Positions 22,367 to 34,960 are shown, numbered from the stretch's first letter. The stretch: DNA of 64,000 bases from Histomonas meleagridis 2922-C6/04-290x (GCA_020184695.1 JAANOX010000269.1:124001-188000), one strand, 5' to 3'. Made by a program: numbers and translations. The notes: generated from the sequence alone by a model not told the origin.

Positions 22367-23328
22367 ATAAAATGTGTAATAATGAAAATTTTTTAATTTA
22401 ATTTTTATACAAAAATTATGTGTTGTCACATAAAATAAAATTAAATCATATTAACGATAATATCATTTGACTTTAAAATGTTTTGAATTAGTTTATTTAA
22501 ATATGAAATTTTGAATTTTATGATGTTTAATTAGTATCACTGACTTTAAATATAACAAGGTAAATATTGTTGAACAACGATCAATAATTTCGAATTATGA
22601 TTGTAAATACATTAAATGTTAGCTTTTGAATGAAATGGGGTAAACTTTACTTGAATTCATTATTCTCAAAATCAAAAAATATTTTATAAAATATAATTGA
22701 TTTCGGACATAAAGAACTCCTTATATTTTAAAATGAATTAAATAATAAAATGCAATTGAATTCTCCAATTTTCAGATAAAATTTTCGCAATCACGTTCTT
22801 GAGGATATCGATACAACTGAAATCCCAATAAAATGTATTTCAAATGATGCATTTCTGTTCTCAACTGATTGTAGTACATAAATGTTGGAAAAAACAATGG
22901 ATTTTGATCATTTTTTCATAATCATTTAGGGAATGAACTCAATGTACGTTAAGTACATTCAAATTTGACAAACTATGGTTGATCTCAAAAGCTGAAATAT
23001 CGATATTTAGTTGAAATGAAAGTACCGAAATTTAATGCCAGGTGTAACACTTAAATTAATATGAAAAATATTGGTTATAAGTTTTAATGATAGACTTTAA
23101 CATAATGTTTTGACCTACAAATTATAAGAAATGAAAAAATTGAGAATTTTGTGAAATTGAATAAAAAAAAATTCTTTTATTTCTATAATATAGAACCATT
23201 TATTATTGTTTTTTATGTGCGTTATATATGAATAGAAACCTATAAATAAATATTGATATTTTGTCTCTATAATAATTTCACAAAAACCGATTTAATTTTT
23301 CACAATTGTACCTTCGCAACCCAAATAC

Positions 23329-25783
23329 ATGTCAAGTGATACTTCCACAAAAACATATGGTGAATATCGTAAACATCAAACGCATGATATTAAATTTCTT
23401 ATTGAACTAGAGAAAGTTATCTTCAGTTTGGTTGAGGAAAACTTTGATTATTCTGTTCAGCAAACAATGAAATTTTTCGATTTAGACTTACCTAATACAT
23501 TTAATGTTATCATAAATAAATTAGTGTTCAATGCATTTTCATCACAAAATGGTGAATTTGATATTTACTTTAATTATTTAAAAGCGGTACAGGCAAAAGA
23601 AGAAGAAATTGATCACGATGTTCCTAATATTATTTTAATCCTTTATAAATTCTTAGATAAAAACAGATCACAAGAAGCAGCTTATATAAAATATCAAGAG
23701 TTTATGGCTGAAATATCTAAAAGTTTATCAGTAAATTATCCAAAGTTTTCCTTTATTGATAAAGTAAGGTTCATTAATTTACCTAAAATGGGACATAATC
23801 CAAATGAAATTGCAAAAATAATTCGAAATGATGAAATAGAAAGACTTCAAGAAATATCATCACAAAGCAATTTTGATTATAATCAAAGAATTGAGCCATC
23901 ATATTATGAAAGATGTTCCTTGGCTAATCAAAATAATGTTAAATTAATTGATTATGCAGCATTTTTTTCTTCAGTTAAATGTTTTAAATATTTACTTATG
24001 AATGGTGCTAAAGTAGAAAACACAGGCAAATATGCAATTGCAGGTGGAAATGAAGAAATTATTCATTTATGTGAACAAAATCATTCATCATTTAAAGATG
24101 CACATGAAACAGCAATTATGTTTCATAGAAATGATATCTTTAAATATGTTTATGAAAACAATTTAGAAAATTTAAATAATCAAATGAACACATTATCTAC
24201 TTTTAGATGCAAAGTAAATAAAATCAATAATTTGGTATGCACTTGTATTAAATACCAAAATTATGAAATTTTATTATTTTTAGAAGGGAAAGGTTTGGAA
24301 ATTGATGATCGCATTATTAATGAATCAGCGAAAACTGGAAATTTATATCCTGTCAAATATTTTCTTCAAAATTATAAAATTCCTAAAAGTGTTTTGGTTT
24401 TTGCTTCATATTCAGAGAATATTGAACTTGTGAAATATGTTTTAGAACATAAAGAATTGGATGTTAATGCAAAATTTGTTTGTTTAATTAAATTTAAGTT
24501 TATTTTAATGATTTGGATTTTATCTAAATATTTTTGGATTTGTTCTGATAATTTGATATTTATTTTATTAATTGATGATTTATTTTAATGATTTGACATT
24601 TGTTTTAATAATTTTGCATTTATTTGAATGATTTAGAATATGTTTAAATAATAATTTGAAACAGCACTTCATATAGCAGTTAAAAATAATAATATAGAAA
24701 TAGTAAAATTACTTTTAGATAAAGGAATTGATGTTAATGCAAAAACTATTCATTTTAATAATTTGAAATATGTTTTAATAATTTGGAATATGTTTTAATA
24801 ATTTAGAATATGTTTTAATAATTTGAAGTATGTTTTAAAAATTTTTAATATGTTTTAATAATTTAGAATATGTTTTAATAATTTGGAATATGTTTTAATA
24901 ATTTGAAATATGTTTTAATAATTTGAAACAGCACTTCATATAGCAGTTAGAAATAATAATATAGAAATAGTGAAATTGCTTTTAGATAAAGGAATTGATG
25001 TTAATGCAAAATATATTCATTTTAATAATTTGAAATATGTTTTAATAATTTGGAATATGTTTTAATAATTTAGAATATGTTTTAATAATTTGAAGTATGT
25101 TTTAAAAATTTTTAATATGTTTTAATAATTTGGAATATGTCTTAATAATTTGGAATATGTTTTAAAAATTTGGAATATGTTTTAATAATTTGAAATATGT
25201 TTTAATAATTTTTTATATGTTTTAATAATTTATAATATGTTTTAATAATTTGAAACAGCACTTCATATAGCAATCAAAAATAATAATATAGAAATAGTAA
25301 AATTACTTTTAGATAAAGGAATTGATATTAATGCAAAATATATTCATTTTAATAATTTATAATTTATTTTATTAATTTGTAATTTACGTTAATGTTTTAA
25401 AATTTATTTTTATAATTTAAAATTTACCATGATGATTTGATATATGTATTAATTATTTGGTGTTTATTTCAATAACTTTGGATTTATTTTGATAATTTGG
25501 TATTTGTTATTACAATTTATAATTTATTTTTGTAATTTAAAATTTATTATAATAATTTGAAATTAGTTTTACACATTTGGAATTTGTTTTGGAAATTTGA
25601 AATTTCTTTCATTAATATTTAACACCAATTCAAATTGCAAAACAATTTGGTTACACTGAAATATACAATTTACTTAAAGAAGAAGGAGCAAACGAAAACT
25701 TTAACATAAAAGTTGATATAAGCACTCAAACATCTAAAAATCAGAATAAATTTTCATATGTTTCAGAGTTTTTGTTCCTCTAA
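23329..25783 (+). CDS. DUF3447-like + spacer-interrupted ankyrin gene (locus B)
   Basis: The open ORF 23329-24588 carries the DUF3447-like motif and first ankyrin repeats. Modules TALHIAVKNNNIEIVKLLLDKGIDVNAK follow at 24661, 24928 and 25255, with terminal TPIQIAKQFGYTEIYNLLKEEG...EFLFL* at 25622-25783. Confidence 0.75.
24478..25621 (+). repeat. 20-nt AT-rich minisatellite (tatgttttaataatttggaa) forming the inter-module spacers of locus B
   Basis: Spacers of 183, 180, 240 and 280 nt built largely from 20-mers. Confidence 0.9.
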
Positions 25784-26009
25784 AAATAAATAAAAACACA
25801 TATACTCCTTATATATAGAATATTGGAAGCTTATTACATGTAATTGTATATGCCAAATTTCAAGAAATTTTAATACATATGAAATTTTATAACTTTCAGA
25901 GAAAATGAAAAACCCAATGCGTATGGATCGACGACCGTTTATTTTTTCTGATGAAGAGTTTAAACGTATTTTAGATTTAACATAACGTATTTTCATTAAC
26001 GTACAAGAA

Positions 26010-26552
26010 ATGGATGCTCAGCTCGTTTTAACTGTGCAGGGCACAATAGATTCATGTTCAACCAAACTTTCAGATAACGTGCATTGCAGATATGGATTTA
26101 CAATGGATGGTGATTGGGAAAAATATCAAGGACCTATCAGTGGAATTACACCATCATCACATTCTGAAGGATCTTTTCCATCAGTATTTAATTACCCATT
26201 CCAGATATCAATGGTTTCATCATCACCATTCGGATGGCCACAAATAGTATTAGCTGTTTATGGTTTAAATACGTTTGGATATGATATGATTGTTGGATAT
26301 GGTGGTGTACATGTTCCAATGACACCAGGAAGACACGAAGTTGAAGTTCCTTTGTTTGCTCCAAAACCAGAAACATTTATACAGAAAATTTCGACATTCT
26401 TTACAGGACTTTATCCAGAATTAATCAATATATCTTCAATAGCCACAGGGGAAGACAGAGATGTTCTACAAACAACATCACAAGGATATGTAAAGATCAC
26501 ATTTAATGTAACCATTAGTGATCCAGAACCTTTAGGATTATGCTTCTCATAG
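26010..26552 (+). CDS. B9D1: B9 domain-containing protein 1 (ciliary transition zone, MKS module)
   Basis: FNYPFQI...SPFGWPQIVLAVYG...GYGGVHVPMTPGRH...PEL...GEDRDV...SQGYVKITFNV. Confidence 0.85.
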   Translation: MDAQLVLTVQGTIDSCSTKLSDNVHCRYGFTMDGDWEKYQGPISGITPSSHSEGSFPSVFNYPFQISMVSSSPFGWPQIVLAVYGLNTFGYDMIVGYGGVHVPMTPGRHEVEVPLFAPKPETFIQKISTFFTGLYPELINISSIATGEDRDVLQTTSQGYVKITFNVTISDPEPLGLCFS

Positions 26553-26899
26553 TACATATAATTACTTTATGTTTTGTTTTTAATATATTTGTTATATCAA
26601 AATAAACACGTATATAATTTATGACTTATTTTGTTTATTTTAATAAAAAATTCTTCAACAAAAATTAAACACTTTAAGGTTTAAACCTATATAGCACAAA
26701 ATTATTTCATTCATTTCAAATTTTATACAAATATAACAACTTGATTTAAGGGAAGCTCAAAGTATAAGTGACCTTATTATTTAAAATAAAAAAAACCATT
26801 TATTATTATTATTTTTTTAAAATGAAATGAAAGAAAATGGTCATAAAGAAATAGTTGATATACTTTAATGATTTAGTGAATTAATTCAATTATTTATGT

Positions 26900-27720
26900 T
26901 TAACTGTGTAAAAGTTTGCGTTTGAAGTGAAAGATATCCATCAATTGTTGTTCCTTTGCACCTTGTCTTCGTAGCAAATGTTTCACTTTTAAGATTTCCT
27001 ATATAAAGTTTGCTCATGAAAGTCTTCGTGTTAAATTTCTTTAAGAGCACTAATGATTTTCACGAACAAATGCTCTCTAAAAATTAAATTTGTGTAACAA
27101 GTGATGACATATTGAGTTATGTTGAAAAATTTTAATCATTTGTCAATAAATTGGGGAATTTTATTTAAACATTAGAGAAATTGATTTATTATTTTTATTA
27201 TTTTTTCTGCAGAATGATCTTTAGTGAGTGCTTTAAGTTTTTCTTATTTTCAGAGTTTATTTTTCCATATTTCTTAAGAAAAACGTCTAAAACTCTTCGA
27301 TATTCTTTATCAAGCATAATCCACGCGTAATTTTCAGGATTGATCAATCATGTTTGCAGTTTTATCAAGTGCCATATCCAATTTCTGAGTTTTTTCCATA
27401 ATATCTATTATCCATTGTGGTATTTCTAATGAACCTGATTTGATGATCTAAAACTGTTTTTATTGTCAGCAAAACATAAGACATAAGTGATATTTATCAC
27501 TAATGTGTTCATAAAATTCACCAATTGTTTCTTTAGGATTATTATCCATTTCTTTAAGCCAATTATATGTAAATTTATATGTTAAAGTTGCAACAACTTC
27601 TTTGATATTGTATCATCACCTGTTGCACAACAAAAAATCTGATGCACAATGATCATAGTAATAATAAATATGTTGGTAAAGATGTTAATACTTTATAAAA
27701 ATTGGATGCACTAACTTGTT
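26900..27720 (-). pseudogene. Decayed coding sequence of unknown family
   Basis: Protein-like stretches (EVVATLTYKFTYNWLKEMDNNPKETIGEFYEHISDKYHLC; PQWIIDIMEKTQKLDMALDK; RRVLDVFLKKYGKIN) broken by stops and frameshifts. Confidence 0.4.
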
Positions 27721-28251
27721 ATGCTTTGTAATTAATTGTATCAGACATGTCACGTGTAACGTGAGAAATATCATGAAATATTTTTCCTTACAAAAAAAAG
27801 ATGATCAAATCTCATTTTCCTTATGCCTAACATTATGTTTTTTGATATAACATAGAATTCACCTAAGGAGATATTCTAGAATATTTATTTTTGCAAAGTT
27901 TTGATAATTAAAACTGAACCTACGTAAAGTTGGAAGAAAAATTAGCCCCAGTGTCAGAGGATTTGTCTCTTTTTCGCTCAATAGAGTAAATTCTTTTGAA
28001 AAGCTAAAAAAAATGAAAGAAATTAATGTTGCGTGACATCAAGTACTTCTAAAAGAAAAACGCTCAGAAGTTTTCTTCAACACAATTTACAGACAATAAC
28101 GTATTGATTTTTGCAATTTTAGCAATTTCTTTATTGGTAATCAAATGGAATAATTCACCGCATCCCAAAGCCAACCATTTATCTTCATGACTTAATTCGA
28201 ATTTCACGTGAGGTGAGTAATTTAACGTTTTCCAAACACAAAATTGACTGA

Positions 28252-28277
28252 AACCGTTTTGACCTGGCCTCGCCTTT
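28252..28277 (+). promoter_or_regulatory. Trichomonad M3 (Myb-like) + M5 core-promoter motifs of RPL18
   Basis: AACCGTTT at 28252-28259 and CCTTT at 28273-28277, 6 nt before the ATG. Confidence 0.65.
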
Positions 28278-28283
28278 TTCGAC

Positions 28284-28844
28284 ATGGGTGTTGATCTCGA
28301 TCACCGTGTTTCCCGCAAGACAAGGAAGACTCCAAAGTCAAAGAATGTTCAATTGAACATGCTTTTCAGACTTTATAGCTATCTTGCCCAACGTACAGGC
28401 AATGATTTCAACAAGAAGATTGCACACCGTATGTGCCTTTCTAACACAAACCGTCGCCCATACTCACTTTCACGCCTTGCTGTCGCTCTTCAAGGTAAGG
28501 AAGATGATACAATCGCTGTTGTCGTTTCTAAAATTGTTAATGATGAACGCCTTTTAACTGTTCCAAAAATGAAGGTTGCTGCACTAAGATTCTCAGAAAC
28601 AGCCCGCGCTCGTATTCTTGCTGCTGGTGGTGAAGTTATCACATTTGATCAACTTGCTCAACTCCGCCCAACAGGAGAAAAATGCCTCCTTCTCGAAGGT
28701 GACCGCAAGCGCCGCGAAGCATGCCGCCACTTTGGAGCTGCTCCAGGTGATGATAACAGTAAAACACGTCCAAAGGTTCGTGCTCATGGCCGTAAGTTCG
28801 AAATGGCTCGTGGCCGCAGGAAGTCGAGGTTATACCACGTTTAA
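28284..28844 (+). CDS. RPL18: 60S ribosomal protein L18 (eL18)
   Basis: MGVDLDH...PKSKNVQL..LFRLYSYLAQRT...NRRPYSLSRL...KFEMARGRRKSRLYHV. Confidence 0.97.
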   Translation: MGVDLDHRVSRKTRKTPKSKNVQLNMLFRLYSYLAQRTGNDFNKKIAHRMCLSNTNRRPYSLSRLAVALQGKEDDTIAVVVSKIVNDERLLTVPKMKVAALRFSETARARILAAGGEVITFDQLAQLRPTGEKCLLLEGDRKRREACRHFGAAPGDDNSKTRPKVRAHGRKFEMARGRRKSRLYHV

Positions 28845-29280
28845 ACAGCCAACATAGGAAATTTATTAGTTTTTTTAAGTTTTGCAATTGTGAATGACCG
28901 ATATGAAATTCAACAACAAAACCGTTTTCACAGAAAATTGTATCGTTATATTGAAAATGTTGTTTTGAATGCGTTCAAATTTGAATTAAATAAGTACTTT
29001 ACATTGACGATGCGTTCTTGGTGAAAGAAAGTCTATGCTTTTTTATGTGCTTTTTGTTTATGACTTTTAAATTAGTTTGATGTGAAATAATCCAAGTAAA
29101 GGGGAAACAACAATTAATCATATCATTATTCGCTACTAAAGTTTATGTAAGATTTAGAATCTCTCGAAGATATAAAACATTTTCTCGAAATCAAAAGAGA
29201 TAAGGGAGTATTTCGAATTGAGGAACAAATGGATGCCTTAACAACGAAAAAGTTTGAGATGTTTATTTAAACCAATATCT

Positions 29281-30480
29281 TCATTCTTTACTAAGTAATT
29301 TTGTGATTTCGTTATATCCTTTTTCAAATGCAATTGCGAAAGCTGTTTTAAATTAATGAAGTAAATTCCAAGTAAAAAAATGTAGTTTTTTATAATTGAA
29401 ATAAAAATTGAAAAAGATAAAATAATATTTTTAACATTAATATCAATTCCTTCTTGTCCAAGAAGTAATGTAACAATTTCAGTCTGCCCATAACGGGATG
29501 CAACTGTAAGAGCTGTATCAAAACATTTCAATAAAATCCAAAAATGGATTTGGAATTTCAAAAATTAGAAATAAATTATCAATAAAATAATCGAATATCT
29601 TTTGCATTAAGATCAATTCCATTTTGTTTCAGAAGTAATTTGACTGTTTCTATTTGACCAAACTCAGCAGCATAAATAAGAGGTGTTTGAAATAATTTAA
29701 GAAAATTAAAAATATTCTTATGAAAGATTAAATAATTTATATTAATATCAAACAAAACAAATAAATTCCCTTTTCATTAAGATCTATACCTTTTTGTTCA
29801 AGAAGTATTTGAACAATTTCTGTATTTCCATGTTCAGATGCGGCAATTAATGCAGTTTTATATTATTTAAATATATACTAAATATTAATATGAAATATAA
29901 AAAAATTACAAAAATAAACTTTAAATCAACAAAATGAATATCTTTTCTATGTATATCAATTCCATCTTGCTCAAGAAGTAGTCGAACTATATCAACATTG
30001 TTTTTTTCTGATGCCCAAATGAGTGCAGTTTTGTAAAGTTTAATAAAATTCCAAATATTTATTTGTTATATAAAACAATTAAATTAAATATTAACTAAAA
30101 TATATAAACATCTATAGAATTGATATCTAATCCTTTTTGTTCAAGAAGTAATTTGACAATTTCTATTTTACCATTTTGAGAGGCAATACTAAGTGCTGTC
30201 ATAAATGAATTAAACAATTTCCAAATATAATTTTAAAATATAAAATTTTTAAAATAAATTCTAAATAAAACAAACAAATGTCTTTAATATTAATATCAAT
30301 TCCTTCTTGTTCAATGAAAAATTTTGCGATTTTAATGTGATTATAACGTGAAGCAAACATTAGTGATGTCCAAAATAACGAAAACAAATTCCAAATATTA
30401 ATTTTAAGCCCAAAAACATTCAAACAAATATTAAAAAATATGATTTAATAGAAATATTATTAACATTAATTCCTTTTTGT
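29281..30480 (-). repeat. Ankyrin module/spacer array C
   Basis: Thr codons at 30369, 30199, 30029, 29856, 29686, 29516 and 29346; six 80-nt spacers and one 83-nt spacer. Confidence 0.9.
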
Positions 30481-31658
30481 TGAAGAATATATTTAATAAG
30501 TTCAATATTTCCTGATACCGAAGAATTATACAAGATATCTTTTGGAAGAGGATTATTCTCAATTAACTTTTTAGTAAGAAATATATTACCTGTTTCTGCA
30601 GCTTTACTAATAATATGATTATCTATTTTCATACCGATCTTTAATAGAAATGAAAAAATCTCGAAATTATTTTTCGAAAGGCATTCCATACCTAAATTTA
30701 TTAAATTTCTAATACGAACACTTTTATTTTCATAAAGATATTTAAAGATATCATTTCGATGGAATTGAATTGCAGTTTCATAAGCTTCATCAAAAGATGA
30801 ATGATTTTGTTCACATAAATGAATGATTTCAAGATTTCCACCTGCTATTGCATATTTACCAGTGCAATATAAATCAGAATTATTCATCATTAAAAACTTA
30901 AAACATTTAACAGATGAAAAAAATGCTGCATAATCAATTAATGAAACATATTTTTGATTTATAAATGTACATCTTTCATAAAGTGATGGTGGGATTATTT
31001 GACTAAAATTAAAATTATTTTCTGATGCAATTTCTTGAAGTTTTTCAACATTATCATCTCGGATTATTTTTGATAATTCATTCTTATTAACTCCTTCGTG
31101 AATATATTTCTTATGAAGTTCCCAATCATTCTTTGAAAGTTGTTCAATATTGTCTACAACTTGTAACCAAAATGTTCTGAGGTGTACATCTTCAATTAAA
31201 TCATCATCATTCGGTATATGGTTTTTGAGATTTTCGATTTCTTTTTCTGTTTTATAATGTGCAAAATATGTAGAATTAATTTTCATAAGTGTATCTAATT
31301 TGATCATTTTCTTTTCGTACATCTTAACAAGTAAATAATTGGCACCTGTTTTACTGTAGAAATAATAAAGTACATCCATGAAAATCTGTATAATATCAAT
31401 ATTTTCCTTTTCGATACATTTTTTATTAATTTCATCTAAAAAGTTTAAAGTTAGATTTGGTTCACACTTTTTGGAAATGTAAAAAGAGTATAAAATTCTA
31501 CAAATAATAACGCAAAAAGAATATGGATTATTTCTATCAAATAGGTTCATGATTGATTGAATTGCTTGTTCAATATTATCTTCTTTTAATCCGAAGATGA
31601 TTTGTTCAATGTGTGCTGTTATATCCAAAGGTTCATTGCTTTTGATTTGATCTTGCAT
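29281..31658 (-). CDS. DUF3447-like + spacer-interrupted ankyrin gene (locus C)
   Basis: Open ORF to 30420 with LIDYAAFFSSVKCFKFL..YAIAGGNLEIIHLCEQ, then six full modules and terminal TAFAIAFEKGYNEITKLLSKE*. ATG at 31658 with a TCATT initiator 10 nt upstream. Confidence 0.78.
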
Positions 31659-31906
31659 CAGCAAGAGAAATGAGGCCGCAGTCAGATAAAGTTCAGAAAA
31701 TTGAAATAAAAGTACATTTTACACTACCAACCCATGAATCTAACCGTTAAAAAGCGAACAAAATTTGAGTGTTTTATACCACTTTAGTAACCGTTTAAAA
31801 AAGAAATTGAATTATTTACGAAAGAGTTATGTTCAAAAAGTGATTACAGATCTCAGCGAAGGACGTTTATGTATCGGCAAATTTGGCATGTGATTGATAA
31901 TTGCGT

Positions 31907-32371
31907 TTATTTCTTACGTTCAACACCAACTGCAACACCACGACGACCAGTTGATTTGGTGCATTGACCACGGACCTTAAGGCCAAGGCTATGACGGATA
32001 CCACGCTTCATCCTCATCTTCTTCATACGTTCAATTTCGTTACGGTGGTTGGATGAGAGATCAGTTGAAGCCCATTGAAGGTTCTTGCCAGTTGCACGAT
32101 CATTTCTGCGGTTGAGCATCCAAACTGGAATTCCATTTTCAACTGGGTTTTGAATGATTGCAACAATACGTTCTTCCTCTTGGGATGTGAGGGTACCAGC
32201 GCGTTTGAGTGGATCAAGGCCAGCACGACGTGCAACAGCATGAGCAAATCTACGACCAAGACCGGCAATAGCTGTAAGTGCTAAATAAAGTGGTTTACGA
32301 CCATCTACGTTTGTTGAGAGCATACGAACCATATCACGAAAAGCTGATGGATCTGTTACTTCCAAAGGCAT
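31907..32371 (-). CDS. RPS18: 40S ribosomal protein S18 (uS13)
   Basis: FRDMVRMLSTNVDG...LTAIAGLGRRFA...GIPVWMLNRRND...RGIRHSLGLKVRGQCTKSTGRRG. Confidence 0.97.
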   Translation of the reverse strand: MPLEVTDPSAFRDMVRMLSTNVDGRKPLYLALTAIAGLGRRFAHAVARRAGLDPLKRAGTLTSQEEERIVAIIQNPVENGIPVWMLNRRNDRATGKNLQWASTDLSSNHRNEIERMKKMRMKRGIRHSLGLKVRGQCTKSTGRRGVAVGVERKK

Positions 32372-32377
32372 TTGTGC

Positions 32378-32397
32378 AAAGGAACGACCAAACCGTT
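32378..32397 (-). promoter_or_regulatory. Trichomonad M3 + M5 core-promoter motifs of RPS18
   Basis: On the minus strand, AACGGTTT (32397-32390) then CCTTT (32382-32378), 6 nt before the ATG; same layout as RPL18. Confidence 0.65.
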
Positions 32398-33126
32398 AAA
32401 TCTATTGTCACTTTTACCAGTGCATGACTGAAGGCTGAAATATTAAAAAGTGCCAAATCATTGAAATATGATTAAATTTCACACAAAACTCTGTTTTATA
32501 TATATTAATAATGTTCTAACATAAATTATTGAGTTATTAAAAGTCATTAATTAGAACTATATAAGGGATTATCATCTTTTAGATTAATCTGATTATGATA
32601 ATCTTATCTCATACTGATTTTAACTTTTTGTTCGTAATTCGATTGTTTTCGTGGATTTAAAATAATTCTATCTCGTTATATATAAAAAATATTTGAACAA
32701 TATATGGTATGCTTGTAGTGCTCATAAATATTTATTGTTATACAAAATATAAATTTTTTGATTTTTTGATTTCACACTAATAGAAATCAAACATTGTATT
32801 TCGGAGATAATGAATTTACATATTAAGCAAAATACAAAACAATTTACTTCACTTTAATAGAATGATTTTTTCAATATCTTAAAATTGATAAATTAATCAC
32901 CAATTCTAAAATAAGCATATAATTTTAAAAAACAACAAAATAGTTATTATGAGAATCTCATTTTTTCACCAAAATTAGAATTTTATTTTGAAGATCTTTA
33001 ACAATTAAGAAATTTATAATGACCTTTAAATATTATCCCTAAACAGCACTAAAAATTTAACTTTGGGCTAATTTTCTTTTCCAATTAGCTAAAAAAAGAA
33101 AATATAATTCACACATGTAATAATTT

Positions 33127-33504
33127 TCATACCATAGTACGAAGAACCTTTATGGCTTCTGCTTCATTTCCATCATACATAACAAGAACCTGTGAGATCT
33201 CAAAGAAACTCAAAGTACCTCCAAATTCCCTTTGAATCTCTTCACTGATTTTGATCTTTTTTTTGGGTTCATTTTTCTTAATTTCATTCACGTCTTTCTC
33301 TAAAAGGAGAACAGCGGCATTATTAAGATTGTTGTCTGCAATTTCAAGTGCTTTTCTGCATTCTTCGTCTGACGCTTCTAATATCAACTTTAACTTGTGA
33401 ACTTCTCTTTGAGTAGAATTGCCTTCAACATTTCCTGCAAGTCTATATTGACCGTGTGTAGTTTCTGTGTTATCTTGGTTTGTTGTTTGATCAACAGCGC
33501 TCAT
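33127..33504 (-). CDS. Small UBA-like domain protein (copy 1)
   Basis: VHKLKLILEASDEECRKALEIADNNLNNAAVLLL (UBA-like) and a second UBA-like C-terminus; TCATT initiator upstream; duplicated at 63623-64000. Confidence 0.75.
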   Translation of the reverse strand: MSAVDQTTNQDNTETTHGQYRLAGNVEGNSTQREVHKLKLILEASDEECRKALEIADNNLNNAAVLLLEKDVNEIKKNEPKKKIKISEEIQREFGGTLSFFEISQVLVMYDGNEAEAIKVLRTMV

Positions 33505-34243
33505 GAAAGAAAAATGAAATTTTCACAATTTAACTTCATTATATATATATTTTGACACAAAAGCAGTCAGAATATTTACGGCATTTTTCTGTTTTTATTT
33601 GTTCGGTCAATTTAAATTTGAATGTCAAAAGACCATTAAAAAGCTTTCATTAACCGCCAGGTCGAAGTAAAGTATACAAATTTTAAACGGTTTGAAATAT
33701 TTGTCAACAATGTTAATGATTTACATGTAAATTTTAATGATCTGTTTGTTTTGTTTTCATTATTGTATTCCATAAATCGAATAGTATTATTATTTTTTTT
33801 TAAATGTTTTAATTAATTTAAAAAAAGGATAATTAAACATTGTTTCTGTAATATAAGGAAATTTATTTGAACTTATAAAAGTTGGCGTTTAGGCCCTTGT
33901 GAGTAAAAACGTTTGATATTTGTAAATGCATAATTCCAATGGCTATTGGACAAGAAGTGTTAATACCCACAGACTAAATGCCGAATGTGAAAAATATTCT
34001 GAAATCGATTTAAACATCATCAAAAATAAAAATAAACTAATTAATTAAATAGTTAAATTAAATCCAATATATTTATGGTTTTCTACTTTAGTTGCATTAA
34101 AACACGAACAACTACAGCAAAAATAACTACTACTTTTGATGCTGTTGATAACCTTCTTATTCCTTTTAACTTCTGAGCTACCTGAGGTTATTTTAATTTT
34201 CGAAGTCATAATAGGTTTAAAAACATTCCTTAACTTCATATCG

Positions 34244-34960
34244 CTAAATATTTATCACGAACAGCCAAAACGCAATCATGACAAGCTTCTCCCATTTATC
34301 TTGCCAAGGTTGTTGTTGTCCAAACATTGCCATGCCGAAGTCAATCATTTGATATTTCATTTGAAGTAACTGATCATAAGTTGAATGGATTTTATCAGTT
34401 AATTTCTAACAAATGAATTACGGTATTCCCCAATTAGTTCTATCATTTATTGCATGATTACAACTTACATAAAGCACTGTATATACTGAATGGAAATCAT
34501 CAGAAAGTTGCGCGGGATAAATATCACTTCCGTAACAATCTAAGCATTCTTTGATATAAGGTATTTCATGTACGCAGGATGATTTGGATCCGCTACACAT
34601 AATGCAATGACATTCTCATGCATTGATGAACCAATCATCTTTTTATAATATGAAAATAAACCTGGAAAATCTTTAACTGTTTTCGCAAAGTTCGCAAGTT
34701 GTCGTGCGATTTCTTTAAGAATTATTTAACACGGATTTTCTCGTTTGTAATATTGTATACACAATCAATCTCTACTTAATTACTTCCGCCGCCTATAACT
34801 AAATTAAATGGACTACCATCAGATGCGATATAATCCCGATTGAATAATCCGACTGACTAGACTAATCTATTTCCTGAATGTGACTTTGCATGCGCTGTAA
34901 TCAAACTGATAGCACTGATCAAAAAAGGGTTTGTAACATAATTTGATTCGAAAACAAGAT
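34244..34960 (-). pseudogene. Degraded gene, possibly glycoside-hydrolase-like
   Basis: Successive frames give SDGSPFNLVIGGGS / KEIARQLANFAKTVKDFPGLFSYY...LCVADPNHPAYMKY / KECLDCYGSDIYP...NWGIP / TYDQLLQMKYQMIDFG, with several stops and frameshifts. Confidence 0.4.
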
